Below are positions 19,713-29,198 of a stretch of DNA of 64,000 nucleotides, in pieces. How positions within the stretch are numbered: the first letter of the stretch is position 1; every line of letters starts with the position of its first letter. The stretch spans positions 387,896-451,895 of the forward strand of contig OZ245755.1 of the NCBI GenBank assembly GCA_965227345.1, given 5' to 3'. The notes beneath the pieces are model-generated. The model was not told the DNA's origin. It did no database searches and saw nothing but the letters and a program-made list of their open reading frames with translations. Origin of the DNA: Sphingomonadales bacterium (lineage in GTDB: Bacteria; Pseudomonadota; Alphaproteobacteria; Sphingomonadales; G965227345). A program made the translations under genes and the position numbers.

Positions 19713-20891
19713 ATGTTTACCAATTTCTTCCATGCCTTGCGCGATGCTCATGTTCCCGTCACCATACGGGAATATCTGACCTTGCTTGAAGCCATGAAAG
19801 CCGGGGTTGCCAATTACAGCATTGACGACTTTTATTATCTTTCCCGCACGTGTCTGGTGAAAGACGAACGCAATCTGGACAAGTTTGATCGCGTCTTCGG
19901 GCATTGTTTCCAGGGCCTTGAATCTGTCGCAGGCGATGAAGAAACCATTGAGTTGCCAGAAGAATGGCTGCGCAAAATGGCTGAACTTTACCTGAGCGAC
20001 GAAGAGAAGGAAAAGATCAAGAGCCTGGGGGACTGGGAAAAAATCATGGAAACCCTCGCCGAACGCCTGAAAGAGCAGAACGAGCGGCATCAGGGTGGCA
20101 GTAAATGGATCGGCACGGCTGGCACGTCTCCCTTTGGGGCCTATGGCTATAACCCTGAAGGCATTCGCATTGGCCAGAAAGAAGGCCGTCACGGGCGCGC
20201 CATCAAGGTTTGGGACAAGCGCGAGTTTCAGAATCTGGACGACAATGTTGAACTGGGCACCCGGAATATAAAGGTCGCCCTGCGACGGCTGCGCAAGTTC
20301 GCCCGTGAAGGTGCGGCAGAAGAACTGGATCTGGATGATACAATCCATTCCACGGCCCACAAAGGCTATCTGGACATCAAAATGGTGCCCGAACGGCGGA
20401 ATACCATAAAGGTCTTGCTGTTCTTTGATGTTGGCGGCTCCATGGACCCTCACATTAAGGTGTGTGAAGAACTGTTTTCAGCCGCGCGGACTGAATTCAA
20501 GCATATGGAATATTTCTACTTCCATAATTGCCTTTATGAAGGCGTCTGGAAAGATAATGCCCGGCGGCGGACTGATGTCATGTCGACCTTCGATCTGATC
20601 CATACCTATCCGGCAGACTATAAAGTAATTTTCGTGGGGGATGCGACCATGAGCCCCTATGAAATCGTCTATCCCGGTGGCAGTGTCGAGCACTGGAATG
20701 AAGAATCGGGCGAAGTCTGGATGCGCCGCGTATTGAATGTCTATTCACGCGCCATATGGTTTAACCCTACGGAAGAAAAATACTGGGGCTATACACAGTC
20801 CATTCAATACATGAAACAACTGATGGAAGATCGCATGTTCCCTCTCACGCTTGAAGGACTGGATGCCGCCATGCGCGAGCTCAATCACTAG
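19713..20891 (+). CDS. VWA (CoxE-like) domain protein, MoxR partner
   Basis: MIDAS-like FFDVGGSMD, ELDLDDTI, IFVGDATMSPYE. Confidence 0.9.
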   Translation: MFTNFFHALRDAHVPVTIREYLTLLEAMKAGVANYSIDDFYYLSRTCLVKDERNLDKFDRVFGHCFQGLESVAGDEETIELPEEWLRKMAELYLSDEEKEKIKSLGDWEKIMETLAERLKEQNERHQGGSKWIGTAGTSPFGAYGYNPEGIRIGQKEGRHGRAIKVWDKREFQNLDDNVELGTRNIKVALRRLRKFAREGAAEELDLDDTIHSTAHKGYLDIKMVPERRNTIKVLLFFDVGGSMDPHIKVCEELFSAARTEFKHMEYFYFHNCLYEGVWKDNARRRTDVMSTFDLIHTYPADYKVIFVGDATMSPYEIVYPGGSVEHWNEESGEVWMRRVLNVYSRAIWFNPTEEKYWGYTQSIQYMKQLMEDRMFPLTLEGLDAAMRELNH

Positions 20892-20921
20892 AAGCCCCGC
20901 CTGACGTCGGATGGCGATCAT

Positions 20922-21317
20922 TCATTTGAAATATTGCAGACCAGCATAAGCAGCCAGCGCCCCGACAAGCCCCATCAGCATCAGAAGCTTTTTTGCCATC
21001 GGGCTTAAGGGCGCGCGGAAAGCAACGGAGGCCTCAGGCTCCCCGTCCACAACCTTTGAAGATGTGGTCTTTCTGGTTTGCTTGACCTGAATCTTTGTTG
21101 CATTTTCAAAAAACTGGCTGCGAAAGACAATTTCTTCCCTTACCAGATTTTCATCCTCGTCGAAGGTTTCTTCAACGACGGAAATGGGTTGGCCTGCATT
21201 GCGCGTCTGCAAGCGCTTGGCTGCATCAATGGCCAATGCCTTTTCGTCAAAGATAGCTTCAATACGCCAGCTATCCCTGACATGAACCCTTAATTCATAT
21301 GCAACATAAATCGACAT
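20922..21317 (-). CDS. Hypothetical protein with C-terminal TM anchor
   Basis: YEL...WRIEAIFDEKALAIDAAKRL N-domain; hydrophobic C-terminus. Confidence 0.65.
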   Translation of the reverse strand: MSIYVAYELRVHVRDSWRIEAIFDEKALAIDAAKRLQTRNAGQPISVVEETFDEDENLVREEIVFRSQFFENATKIQVKQTRKTTSSKVVDGEPEASVAFRAPLSPMAKKLLMLMGLVGALAAYAGLQYFK

Positions 21318-21346
21318 CTTAATATATTCTCTGAACCGTCATCATT

Positions 21347-21829
21347 CTACACGTCTTCGGCCTGACTAATTGACTTCCAGTTTATTGCCGCCAGAAAGCC
21401 ATCAATATTTTTATCATCAGATGACAGGGGCGCAACAATCAGCCGCCCAAGATAAATATGTCCGTCAATTTTCATTTCGCGGCCCATACTGACAGGAACC
21501 TTCTTCTGAAGGACTTTCGGGAATACCTCCAGAAACATCGTCGGCGTGCTGCCGGCAGGAAACTTTTCCGCATCCACGGGCATATTCAAACCATCAATAA
21601 TTCCTGGCGGCACGATAGCGTGCCCCATTCGGGTAAACTGGTAACGATTATTGTCAAGTCTGCGCTCGATCAGGGCACAGTGCGACCAATCCTGCCCCAT
21701 ATAGGCGGAATCAATGTTTCCAACAGACGGGAACTGGCGTTCCCCTCTTAAATCCTGCCAATAGGCAAGGACCCTCAAAACAAGCCTCCGTTCTTCCGAC
21801 GGAGTCAAATACGGCAGTACAGATGTCAT
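21347..21829 (-). CDS. PAS_5 (DUF1457-like) domain protein
   Basis: LAYWQDLRGERQFPS...ID and APLSSDDKNIDGFLAAINW motifs. Confidence 0.75.
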   Translation of the reverse strand: MTSVLPYLTPSEERRLVLRVLAYWQDLRGERQFPSVGNIDSAYMGQDWSHCALIERRLDNNRYQFTRMGHAIVPPGIIDGLNMPVDAEKFPAGSTPTMFLEVFPKVLQKKVPVSMGREMKIDGHIYLGRLIVAPLSSDDKNIDGFLAAINWKSISQAEDV

Positions 21830-21985
21830 ATACCTTCACCCCTTATTATTGTCGCCAAAGGTAAAAGCATAAAGTTAAAATTAGCTGAAAATCAAAAGCA
21901 TTAACGGTCTTCGTCAAACGAAGTTATTTTGATGAAACAGGAATGTTATTCCCCAAAGGCCTTTTTCCTTTGACGTGCCGCCTGT

Positions 21986-23194
21986 TCAGGTTTCAATCAA
22001 TGTGTCATCAAGTTTCGTCAGAGTGCGGCAACCATCGGAGGTAATAACAAAGGTATCTTCCCGGTGCATCATGCCAGCACCCACCTCCAGAAACGGCATA
22101 TCGACGTTCAACACCATGCCTTGTTCCAGCACAAGGTCAGGTTGCAATCCCGGATGCCAATCGTCAGGCCGCGGGTCGTCTGTATGCTGCAAGCCCAGGC
22201 AATGGGGCGTCGGCGGATTGGCTGGCAATTCTTGCCTTTCAAGGGCTTGAAGATAAAAGCCAATAATTTGGTTATAGCTGCGTCCGGGTTTTAGAAAATC
22301 GCGTACCGCTTCTGCTACCGATGTCAACGCCCTTGCCCGGCGGCGCGTCTCGGCATCTCCACCCCCCACCACAACTGTACGACCAAAATCACCATGATAT
22401 TGAGATACCATGCTAAGAGCGTCTAGCATTGTGGCTTCACCAGCCGCAATGCCACGGCACGGAAGCTCCCCGATTGATGGCATAAGGTACACAGCTTCTG
22501 CCCCGCGCCCGGCGCATTCCATGGCAAAGGCATTTTGGATCTGGTCAACTGTCCAGCCCGGTTGCAGTGATTGGGCTACCGCTCGACAGGCGGCCTCATT
22601 TGCCCCGGCCGCCTGTTCCAGCAGGGCAATTTCGGCAGGTGTTTTAACAAGACGGATTTCCTTGATAACTTCCGGTCGATAATCAACCTTTGCGCTACTG
22701 CCTTCACGGGACAGGAGCAGCGTTGCACGTGGATCATCGCACGCCAGCCGTTTTCCCTCCAGCCCCGCCAACCTGACTGCTTTTGCAAGAGCTGCCCCCC
22801 CATGTGCCTGTATCAATGATACATAGTTGCCAACACAGGCAAGTTTGGCCCGATCCACTTCTCCCGGATCCGTATTGGATCGTACGGGCGGCGGACCGAA
22901 TGGTGCCGCCTTGTCATGGTTTGAATCCGATGCAGGAAACAGATACGGGACAATTTCATCGGCGTCAGCAGGATCCGTCGCCAGAAACATCAATCCCATT
23001 GCCGGGCAAACCAGAACCACCGGAGCAGATTGATCACGTGGCATGACAGCCGCAAACATCACGTCCCACCGCGCATTCATCGACCGGTTCCAGTGGCCGG
23101 TAGCATAATAAACATTAAAGGGGCGCATCAGAACCAGCCCATCAACGGCTTTATCAGCCAGAACAGATTCAGCCCGCACAGTGTTCCGCAGCAT
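21986..23194 (-). CDS. M24-family (Xaa-Pro peptidase/creatinase fold) hydrolase
   Basis: IRLVKTPAEI, YHGDFGRT, PHCLGLQH, LEQGMVLNVD, HREDT. Confidence 0.85.
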   Translation of the reverse strand: MLRNTVRAESVLADKAVDGLVLMRPFNVYYATGHWNRSMNARWDVMFAAVMPRDQSAPVVLVCPAMGLMFLATDPADADEIVPYLFPASDSNHDKAAPFGPPPVRSNTDPGEVDRAKLACVGNYVSLIQAHGGAALAKAVRLAGLEGKRLACDDPRATLLLSREGSSAKVDYRPEVIKEIRLVKTPAEIALLEQAAGANEAACRAVAQSLQPGWTVDQIQNAFAMECAGRGAEAVYLMPSIGELPCRGIAAGEATMLDALSMVSQYHGDFGRTVVVGGGDAETRRRARALTSVAEAVRDFLKPGRSYNQIIGFYLQALERQELPANPPTPHCLGLQHTDDPRPDDWHPGLQPDLVLEQGMVLNVDMPFLEVGAGMMHREDTFVITSDGCRTLTKLDDTLIET

Positions 23195-23296
23195 AATACT
23201 CCCCTGTTCAGAATTTTTCTGATCACAGGTTCTTCGTAATACACTATTGTCTTACAATCAATGCTTATTCAGCAGACTGCCAGCAAAGTCCGCCGA

Positions 23297-23812
23297 TTAT
23301 CCCATGTGTTTCCTGATGGCCTGCGCCAGGCCATCTTTCAGCAGCGTACCGTTTTCTCCGCCTTCGCCGCTGATGCGATCATTGATGACAACCCGCATCG
23401 AATCAATGTGTGCCTTGACGACTTCAACATGATTGTCATCAATAGCGGAACGATTGTTGGTGAAGCCAAAGAGCGAATCGGAAAAATGGGTAATCAGCGG
23501 ATAACCAAAGGTACCACCCTGCCCCTTCATATCATGTGCTATTCTGGCGATTGCATCGAATCTCGGTTTGCGATCTTCCGGCGTATCGACCGCCCTGCGA
23601 TGCTGCTCGTACAACTGATCAATAAGCTTGGAAACCCAGTCCGGATAATCTTCGGCCATACTCTCAAGAGCTTCTTCAGCCTTTGCCAGAGCGTCCGGAT
23701 CAATTTCGATTTCAGATCGTTCGTTCTTGCCCAATCCGGCTGTTTTCTCGACCAGCTTGTTCTTGAAGCGATAAAAACGGACACGTACCGGCTTCTTTTT
23801 TGCGCTATCCAC
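23297..23812 (-). CDS. Hpt-domain phosphotransfer protein
   Basis: IAHDMKGQGGTFGYPLIT Hpt histidine motif; GTG at 23812 overlaps the upstream stop. Confidence 0.8.
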   Translation of the reverse strand: MDSAKKKPVRVRFYRFKNKLVEKTAGLGKNERSEIEIDPDALAKAEEALESMAEDYPDWVSKLIDQLYEQHRRAVDTPEDRKPRFDAIARIAHDMKGQGGTFGYPLITHFSDSLFGFTNNRSAIDDNHVEVVKAHIDSMRVVINDRISGEGGENGTLLKDGLAQAIRKHMG

Positions 23813-24356
23813 GAATGATTTCCACTTCCTCACTGTTGTCCGTCAACGACCGACGCTCGCCACCCTCAAAATCAAGTTGCTGCCGACGACGGTCGGGGCC
23901 GAAATAGTTCTTGGTATGAACAAATTGTCGATTCCGCTGGATCAGGGACGTCAGCCGGTCGCCGATTGTTTTAATCGCAAAGGGTTTTGACAGAAATTCC
24001 GTTGTTCCCATGTCACGAGCTTCCTGTACACGCTGGGGCTCGGAATAGGCCGTGATCATGATGAACGGAATAAACCGGTCTGGTGAATCCTTGTGACGCC
24101 TGACCCAGCGCAACAGCATCATGCCATCAACCGGAGACATGTCCCAGTTCGACATAATGAGATCAATCCCCATAACGCCCGCCTTTACGGGATTTTCCCT
24201 GACCTCTTTCAGAAAGTTAATCGCTTCGCCACCGTCATCCCTGGTCACGACTTTACCAACACCAAGGATTTTCAAAGAATTCACAAGAAGGGAGCGAATA
24301 AAGCCGCTATCTTCCACAACCAGGACACTTAACCGGTCCAGATCAATATTTGCCAT
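23805..24356 (-). CDS. CheY-like response regulator with C-terminal Arg-rich region (Cle-like)
   Basis: VLVVED, MITAYS, FLSKPF receiver motifs; tail YFGPDRRRQQLDFEGGERR. Confidence 0.85.
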   Translation of the reverse strand: MANIDLDRLSVLVVEDSGFIRSLLVNSLKILGVGKVVTRDDGGEAINFLKEVRENPVKAGVMGIDLIMSNWDMSPVDGMMLLRWVRRHKDSPDRFIPFIMITAYSEPQRVQEARDMGTTEFLSKPFAIKTIGDRLTSLIQRNRQFVHTKNYFGPDRRRQQLDFEGGERRSLTDNSEEVEIIRG

Positions 24357-24426
24357 ATACAGCCCCCGCCCGTGTTTAGATATTTACCAGTCCCCATACT
24401 GCCCAGACCGGATTGCAAAATCAACA

Positions 24427-24504
24427 TTTAGTACTATTTAACATGCGAGCATCCATATTTGTTGAAAAATTGATAGCGCTGGCATCCATTAAAATATTAA
24501 CCAT
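24427..24504. promoter_or_regulatory. CtrA-like sites in the divergent cle-like / tipN-like promoter region
   Basis: TTTA-GTACTAT-TTAAC (24427-24442) and TTAACCAT half-site (24497-24504). Confidence 0.5.
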
Positions 24505-24625
24505 ACTATCAGAGCCGGTTGCTCTCCATCACACTGACTGATAAACTCCCCAACGTCTCGGGGTCAGCACTTCAGGACCCGCAGGTAACGAGCACCACCC
24601 CGGATTTTAACTGGACCAGACAAGC

Positions 24626-27600
24626 ATGCCTATTGCGAAGACCTCCGCCGAAATTGATCAGGAAAACAACACAACTGACAACGTTGTTTCAGAGCATCCC
24701 GCTGCGCCCGCCCGAAAGAGCATCCAAATTTCAATTGAAGACGAAGGTAAAGGCAATAACGGTCAGGATTGGCTAAAAAACTACTGGCCTCTGCTGGGCG
24801 CCGGCCTCATTACATTTCTGTGGATCGGGCTTTGCGGCTTTCTGGGTTTCCAGAATGCGGGCGATTGGTTCGGCGAAGACCTGAAACATACCGATCTTGC
24901 CATCCTGATTGCCGGACTGTTCACCCCCCTCGCCTTTATCTGGCTGATCGCTCTGGTTATCATGAAGGCTGACCCCTTACGTGAGCAGCGCATGTCCCTG
25001 GCTGACGGCATGGACCGTCTTTTGCACCCCATCAGCAAGGCCGAACACCGGGTCGAGCTGCTGGTCGAACGGCTACACAAGGAAATTCACAACGTTAGTG
25101 CTGCAGGTGATATCGCCTCGGATCGATTATCCCATTTGGAAAACAGGTTCCGGGACCATATTGCAGAGCTTTTTGAGGCCACCACAAATGCAGAAAGCCG
25201 GGCTGCAAATATCCAGAAGCTGCTGCAGGGCGAGCGTGATTCCCTCGAAGCTTTAAATATCGAGATGGATCATCGCTCCAGTGAAATTAGCGTAATGGTC
25301 CAGAATCTTTCCGAAACATTACGTGATGCGGCCAATGATGCCCGCGCTGAAGCACGCGTTGCAGGTGAAACCATGAGTGGCCATGCAGGATTCATGAACG
25401 ATTCCGCCCGAAAGACACTGGAGAAGCTGGAAGAAATTGGCAGCAGTCTGAACGCCTGTACTCAGAATATGCATGAGTCGGCGTTACAATCCGAACAAAC
25501 ATTGACACGCGTTGGCAGCACACTTGATCTACAGCGTGAATATATGACCGTAAACATAGATGAAATAGCGAAAAAAGCTGATCGGGTAACGTCTCTTCTG
25601 GGCGAACAGTCCCGGTCAATTGCCTCGCTCTCTCATCAGGCGGCGGAAGACGGCAAGAGTCTGACTGAAACCGTCCAGCAGCAAATTGGCTCCATGACGA
25701 CTGCGGCAAAAGATGCGATCAAGCAGGCGAAAGACGCGGGCCAGACATTCGAGGATCAGGCGCGCGCCATGGCTGAAGCAATTTCTCATGCCATGGATAT
25801 ATCGCATTCACGACTGAGTGAAGCCAGTTCGGCCTTTAAAGATCACGCTCATGACATGGCGGACGCCTCGCAGGCAGCTGCAGACAGGGCGTTGCAACAG
25901 ATTACCCTTTCAACAGAAGCCTTCCAGCAGCAGGCCAGCAATCTGGGCAGCACAGGTGAAGAGGTCGCCGCAAGTCTGGTTGAACATATCAATGTGGCGC
26001 GCCAAACCATCGCAAATCAAACAGAAGAAATGAAAGCCTCAATGGAAGCTCAGGCCGCCGCAGCCGGAGACGTCGCTGAAGCGCATAAAGAAGCCCTGAA
26101 CGAGAGCATCACTGACCAGCGCGAAGCCATCACCGCCAGCCTGCGGGAACAGGCCGGAGAGGTTACAGCCCAACTGGAAGAACAGGCCGCCGCAATTCGA
26201 AACGCGATCGAGCGCCAGAATATCAGTGTGCATTCGTCTGTTCAGGACCAGTTGGCATCGCTTGACAAAGCCCTTCAGGAATATAGTGAAACCCTTGGTC
26301 AGGCCATGTTGTCACACGACGACAAGGCCCGCGAGGCCCTGTCATCTCACGAGGCGGCCGTTGCGGAAAGCCTTCGGTCACAGGCACAGGCGATGCGCGA
26401 CGCTATAGAAAGCCATACTCAGGCAAGCCAAAGCTCGCTCGACAGCCAGGCACAGGCAATCCATGATCGCCTGACAGAACAGGCGCACCTGATCCGGACA
26501 GCGGTCGACGAATATGCGCGGACGTCGGAAGAAGCCCTGACATCTCAGTCAGCAGCCGTAACGCAAACCCTGCGAAACCAGATTGAGGAAGCGCGCGCCA
26601 GCCTGGCCAGCCAGACCCGTATGATTGAACAGGCGGCAGAAGAAACGACGGTAAAACTGGGCCGCACGGCGGAAACCATTGCCGACCAGACCGACCGTCT
26701 GACCGCGTCAGCTGAAAGCGCCAGTTCAAGACTTGAATCTGTTGAAGAAAAGATGGGTGATCGTGATGCTTCTCTGCGCCAGCTGTTGCAGTCTTTGGAA
26801 GAAGATCTGAAAGACACAGAGCAAGCAATTGAAAAGCAATCCCAAAGTCTGGGAGATATTTCCCGCAACATTGCCGATGCCATGGAGCGGACCATAACCG
26901 GTGTGCAGGGCAGATCCGATGAATTGAGCGATTCCACCAAAAGCGCACTGGAAGTTCTGAATTCTTCTGCCCAAACGCTTGAGGAGCGTATCCGGAGCCT
27001 GAAGGAAACATCTTCCTCCAGCATTGCTGAAGTTCAGAATGCTGCAGAAAGCCTGAAATCAGATCTTTCCCTGGCCGCATCGGAAACAGGCGAAGTTTCA
27101 GCACAGTTAAAAGATACGACGTCCATGCTGAAGCGGGAACAGGGTGAATTGCTGGTGGGGTACGACACCACACTGATGCGCCTGAAGACAATTGGCGACA
27201 CCATTCGCGAGCATGCTGATAATGTCAAGGCGGCAGCGGCTGATGCCCAGTCTCAGGTCGGCACAATAGGCACCCTGCTTTCACGCAGTGCCACGGACGT
27301 CAGGTCTGCGTCAGCCGAAGCAAATGATGCTGCCCAATCGGCAAGCCACACGCTGGCGGACCAGACAGCGTCGCTAAAATCTACAGCAATGGAAATCACC
27401 AAATCCGCACAGGAACTTATTGAACGCACAGAACAGTTTGATGCCAGGCTTTCCAACAAGGGACAGGATGAGTTCGCCAAGACTTCCGGATATCTGCTCG
27501 AGTCTCTGGCTTCACTCGCTATAGACGTTCACCGGGTTCTTGATATTGATGTGCCCGATGACGTTTGGCAGAAGTATCTGAAAGGCGACCGCAGCATCTT

Positions 27601-27835
27601 TGCCCGGCGCACGGTTCGACTGGGCAACAAGGAAACCAAGGGACTTATTTCAAGAAAATTCAAGGATGACAGTGAATTCCGGCACCATGTTCAACGCTTC
27701 ATGAAAGACTTTGAACAACTAATGTCACAGGCGATTACAGCAGACCCGCGGGGAGCCCTGAGTGTTACTCTGGTATCCTCGGAAATGGGCAAGCTTTATG
27801 TATTGCTGGCTCAATCCCTGAACCGCCTGTCCTGA
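24626..27835 (+). CDS. TipN/GPR/RgsE-like polar scaffold (2 TM + long coiled-coil/apolipoprotein-like repeats)
   Basis: Two N-terminal TMs, about 800 aa Ala/Gln/Glu/Ser helical region, C-terminal WQKYLKGDRSIFARR...EFRHHVQRFMKDFE...SSEMGKLYVLLAQSLNRL. Confidence 0.75.
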   Translation: MPIAKTSAEIDQENNTTDNVVSEHPAAPARKSIQISIEDEGKGNNGQDWLKNYWPLLGAGLITFLWIGLCGFLGFQNAGDWFGEDLKHTDLAILIAGLFTPLAFIWLIALVIMKADPLREQRMSLADGMDRLLHPISKAEHRVELLVERLHKEIHNVSAAGDIASDRLSHLENRFRDHIAELFEATTNAESRAANIQKLLQGERDSLEALNIEMDHRSSEISVMVQNLSETLRDAANDARAEARVAGETMSGHAGFMNDSARKTLEKLEEIGSSLNACTQNMHESALQSEQTLTRVGSTLDLQREYMTVNIDEIAKKADRVTSLLGEQSRSIASLSHQAAEDGKSLTETVQQQIGSMTTAAKDAIKQAKDAGQTFEDQARAMAEAISHAMDISHSRLSEASSAFKDHAHDMADASQAAADRALQQITLSTEAFQQQASNLGSTGEEVAASLVEHINVARQTIANQTEEMKASMEAQAAAAGDVAEAHKEALNESITDQREAITASLREQAGEVTAQLEEQAAAIRNAIERQNISVHSSVQDQLASLDKALQEYSETLGQAMLSHDDKAREALSSHEAAVAESLRSQAQAMRDAIESHTQASQSSLDSQAQAIHDRLTEQAHLIRTAVDEYARTSEEALTSQSAAVTQTLRNQIEEARASLASQTRMIEQAAEETTVKLGRTAETIADQTDRLTASAESASSRLESVEEKMGDRDASLRQLLQSLEEDLKDTEQAIEKQSQSLGDISRNIADAMERTITGVQGRSDELSDSTKSALEVLNSSAQTLEERIRSLKETSSSSIAEVQNAAESLKSDLSLAASETGEVSAQLKDTTSMLKREQGELLVGYDTTLMRLKTIGDTIREHADNVKAAAADAQSQVGTIGTLLSRSATDVRSASAEANDAAQSASHTLADQTASLKSTAMEITKSAQELIERTEQFDARLSNKGQDEFAKTSGYLLESLASLAIDVHRVLDIDVPDDVWQKYLKGDRSIFARRTVRLGNKETKGLISRKFKDDSEFRHHVQRFMKDFEQLMSQAITADPRGALSVTLVSSEMGKLYVLLAQSLNRLS

Positions 27836-27842
27836 CAAGGTG

Positions 27843-28967
27843 TTACGCCGCCTGGTGGGTCGGGTTTTCGGCGCCAAGCTTTGTAATAAAATAGTCCAGA
27901 TTGTCAGTATCAAAATCCTCTTCGAACTGGGTCAGCACCCGTTCGATCATCAACTGCTGAAAATGCGCCCGGTCTTCACCGTTATTAAGCTGTAATCCTT
28001 CGGCAATCCGAAGCGCTGTTCTCGCGACTTCAAGCATCGTCGGGGAAAGCTTGCATTTTTCGAACAGTGCCTTCAGACCAAGATCGCCCTGATCATGAAC
28101 CAGACGATAGACATTCTTCACAGAAACATCGCCAAGCTTCGCCAGTGCTGCTTCAAAGAAAGTCACATCACCCATGCACAAAGCACGCATAACGATCGTT
28201 GGCGTCAGTCTTTTGTGGCGATGGAGCTCATCAACAAGCTCTATGACATCCTTGGCAGATTTTTCGGGATGCAACATGCTTATAATAGCTTTTTCCCGAG
28301 CTTGCAGCACCAGATCCGTCGCCATGTCCGCCGACAGGGCATGATGGGTCACCAGATGCTCGCGCATCTTGTCCGACACCAAAGACACCAGTCTCTCGCT
28401 CACCTTCAGCGGAAGCTCTTTCCGCATGGCCATAGGCGTATTCACTTTTTCGCTTGTACCAAATTCATTCAGTACTTGCGTAAAGGTCTCTTCATCAATT
28501 TCAGCGCCGTCATTTGAGACAAGCGCTGCTACAACATCTTCATTATGTGTATTTGCCAAGGCATCAGAGACCGTCGCCGAAACGCTCTCTCGCCGGGCAA
28601 CGGCAATTTGATGATCAGCTGTATTCCTTGCAACGATCTCGACAAGATCTTCGTCACTTAGCGCCTGCGAATATTCGATCATGGGCAAAGCCACGCTCGC
28701 AACATCGCTTGCCAGCGCCCGGGCAACATCATGGGGCACTGACGGATCATCCTTCAAGCTCTCCGACAAGCTCAGACGCACCATTTCTTCGGTGTCTCGC
28801 ACCATGATCTTGAAAATATCTTCAATCAGCGCACGTTCGGTGCTGCCGATATCCCCGCCAGAAAAGGTTTCACAGACTTTTTTTGCCGCTATCGCCCTGT
28901 TCTCCGGTGAAGGGTCCTTCATCAAAAGGCCAACATCATCTGATGAGAGTATAACTTTATTGGTCAC
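27843..28967 (-). CDS. DUF2336 protein (SpbR-like)
   Basis: VRLSLSESL, LASDVASVALPMIEYSQALSDEDL, HQIAVARR, LVSNDGAEI motifs; GTG at 28967 with GAGG RBS; C-terminal AA. Confidence 0.85.
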   Translation of the reverse strand: MTNKVILSSDDVGLLMKDPSPENRAIAAKKVCETFSGGDIGSTERALIEDIFKIMVRDTEEMVRLSLSESLKDDPSVPHDVARALASDVASVALPMIEYSQALSDEDLVEIVARNTADHQIAVARRESVSATVSDALANTHNEDVVAALVSNDGAEIDEETFTQVLNEFGTSEKVNTPMAMRKELPLKVSERLVSLVSDKMREHLVTHHALSADMATDLVLQAREKAIISMLHPEKSAKDVIELVDELHRHKRLTPTIVMRALCMGDVTFFEAALAKLGDVSVKNVYRLVHDQGDLGLKALFEKCKLSPTMLEVARTALRIAEGLQLNNGEDRAHFQQLMIERVLTQFEEDFDTDNLDYFITKLGAENPTHQAA

Positions 28968-29084
28968 GGTCTGCCTCGCCTTACAATAATGCTGTGATCC
29001 CTGAAAATATCCCCAGCAGTTTAAACGCCACTTCAAAAGACTGTATTTCTTGCGTACGCGGCCTCTATTCGATTACCTATTCTG

Positions 29085-29110
29085 TTAGAAACAAGTTAAG
29101 CTGCGGTTAA
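29085..29110. promoter_or_regulatory. CtrA box (perfect, with an overlapping second box)
   Basis: TTAG-AAACAAG-TTAA-GCTGCGG-TTAA; 29096-29110 is an exact TTAA-N7-TTAA. Confidence 0.85.
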
Positions 29111-29198
29111 AATTGGGGGTGGTAATTCCGCACTGGACCGGTATAACGGATAGCCTCGGTTGAACAGTCTCGGTGTGGTAAAAATAAAGGGGATATTT

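Noticed and set aside
24626-27835. Long coiled-coil as a phage tape-measure protein or chemoreceptor
   Set aside because: No phage genes nearby and no MCP hairpin signature; the TM pair and C-terminal domain fit TipN/GPR-like scaffolds.
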